DNA of 64,000 bases from an uncultured Chloroflexia bacterium (GTDB taxonomy: Bacteria; Chloroflexota; Limnocylindria; Limnocylindrales; CSP1-4). Both the position numbers and the translations under genes were made by a program. Location of the stretch: the NCBI GenBank assembly GCA_963778645.1, contig CAVZVH010000021.1, positions 17,191 through 81,190 of the forward strand. Reading direction: 5' to 3'. Positions 62,665-64,000 of this stretch are shown in pieces; within the stretch, counting starts at the first letter, position 1, and every line of letters begins with the position of its first letter. The notes under the pieces were generated by a model. It did not search any database and was not told the origin of the DNA. It worked only from the letters and a program-made list of their open reading frames with translations.

Positions 62665-63205
62665 CTAGGGCTCGCCGGCGTCGGCGGGCGGGTCGGTCGC
62701 GGCGGCTGGCACAGGTTCTGCCGCGGACTCGTCCGGCTCGGCATCGACCGCCAATTCGTCCGGCTCGCCCGCCGCGATCTCACCCGCCACGGAGTCGATC
62801 GACGACTCGCCCAGCTCGGTGTCGTCGCCGGCTTCGGCATCGGTGATCTGCAGCGCGTCGTAGAGCTCCGAGGGTCGATATGGGCGCACGAGCACGGTCG
62901 CCCCGACCGCGGCGAACGCCTCGCTCTGCGCGGCCAATCGCTCCGGCAGGATCACCACGGCGGGAAGGGAGCTGTGGCCGAGGAGGCCGCGCGCGACCTC
63001 GAGCTCGTCGGCGGTCGCCTGGGCCAGGTCGAGGACGATCGCGGAGACCGAGGTATCGCCGCTGGCGAGGCTGAGTGCCTCGCGAGCCGAGCGGCGCGAG
63101 ATCGTGTCGGCGCCGCCAAGCCGGAGCGTGACCTCCAGGACCCGGAGCCATCGCTCATCGGCCGAGACGACAAGGACCTGTCCGGAACCCACGTCGCCCA
63201 CTGTA
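62665..63205 (-). CDS. Response-regulator receiver-like domain protein with acidic C-tail (start uncertain)
   Basis: …QVLVVSAD…, …AIVLDL… (putative phospho-Asp), …LVRPY… REC-like pattern. Divergent from pilT. Confidence 0.4.
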
Positions 63206-63219
63206 CACTGGCGCGCGGC

Positions 63220-64000
63220 GTGGATGAACGTGTCGAGATGCTGCTGCAGGCCGTTGCCGACCGCAACGGATCCGACCTGTTGTTCGCCCCCGGCGCCCCG
63301 CCCACCGTCCGCGTCAACGGCATGCTCGACCGGCTCTCCAACGACACGATGACGGCCGAAATCGACCACCGAGCTCGCCCGAACGCTGGCGGGCGCTCGC
63401 TGGGATGAGCTCCAGGTCCGCCGCGAGCTGGACTTCAGCTTCTCGTTCGGCGAGGCGGCCAGGGTGCGGGCGAACCTGTTCTTCCAGCGCGGGACGCTGG
63501 CGGGAGCGTTGCGGTTCGTTCCGTACGACATCCCGACCCTCGAGGGGCTTGGGGCTCCGGCCGCCTGTCTCGAGCTGATCCACCGCCCGCACGGACTCAT
63601 CCTGGTCACCGGCCCGACCGGCGCCGGCAAGTCGACCACGGTCGCAGCGATGATCGATCGGATCAACCGCGAGCGCCCGGTCCACATCATCACCATCGAG
63701 GACCCCATCGAATACGTGCACCGTCACCACCGTGCGATCGTGGTCCAGCGAGAGGTGGGGTCGGACACCCATGACTTCGCCGGTGCCCTGCGCTCGGCGC
63801 TGCGAGAGGATCCCGATGTGGTCCAGGTCGGCGAGATGCGCGACCTCGAGACGATCGCCGCGACGCTGACCATGGCCGAGACGGGGCACCTCGTCTTCGG
63901 GACGCTCCACACGAACGACACAGCCCAGGCGATCGATCGCATGGTGGATGTCTTCCCGCCCCAGCAGCAGCGGCAGATCCAGATCCAGCTCTCCCAGACG
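63220..64000 (+). CDS. pilT: Type IV pilus retraction ATPase PilT (partial, continues beyond window). Apparent frameshift ~63360-63370
   Basis: Colinear with PilT: …LLFAPGAPPTVRVNG…, Walker A GPTGAGKST, …IEDPIEYVH…, …ALRSALREDPDVVQVGEMRDLETI…, …GHLVFGTLHT…. Confidence 0.85.

Overview
High-GC (about 70%) chromosomal segment that looks Actinomycetota-like. The lineage call rests on an F420-dependent LLM oxidoreductase, a DDN-type deazaflavin nitroreductase, a septum-formation family protein and a SigA with an acidic N-terminus. Gene density is high and there is no CRISPR array, integrase or transposase.

Main content:
- Housekeeping: an interrupted ettA (ABC-F), dnaG-rpoD(sigA), cydAB, cspA-like, corA, tRNA-Asn(GTT), pilT (partial).
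- A sugar ABC importer fragment (SBP + permease) at the window start.
- A GntR-associated oxidoreductase cluster: SDR / GntR / P450 / GDSL / ADH / TIM-barrel isomerase.
- Two type II TA pairs: RHH-RelE/ParE and VapBC.
- An H-NOX gene immediately upstream of a GAF-GGDEF-EAL gene.
- A LacI-associated cluster: CehA/McbA-like metallohydrolase, two ADP-ribosylglycohydrolase paralogs and a sugar ABC importer.
- Many small lipoproteins and hydrolases.

Most unusual locus: a tightly packed 3-4-gene operon at 10261..13587. It encodes a caspase-like (peptidase C14) protein, a beta-rich protein with an acidic tail, a 206-aa helical protein of unknown function, and a ComEC-type MBL-fold hydrolase. I could not match it to any named defense or signalling system.

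Non-coding signals:
- A conserved ~42-nt element with a short uORF, present ahead of both corA and a GH13-like gene.
- Three perfect TTGCA-N5-TGCAA palindromes in a low-GC convergent intergenic gap.
- GTTAAC-core palindromes flanking the GntR cluster.
- A cluster of TTGACA boxes upstream of dnaG.

Caveat: at least 10 genes show single-base frameshifts. Several are at homopolymers or simple repeats, consistent with indel-type sequencing error rather than biology. Exact gene ends near those sites are therefore uncertain.
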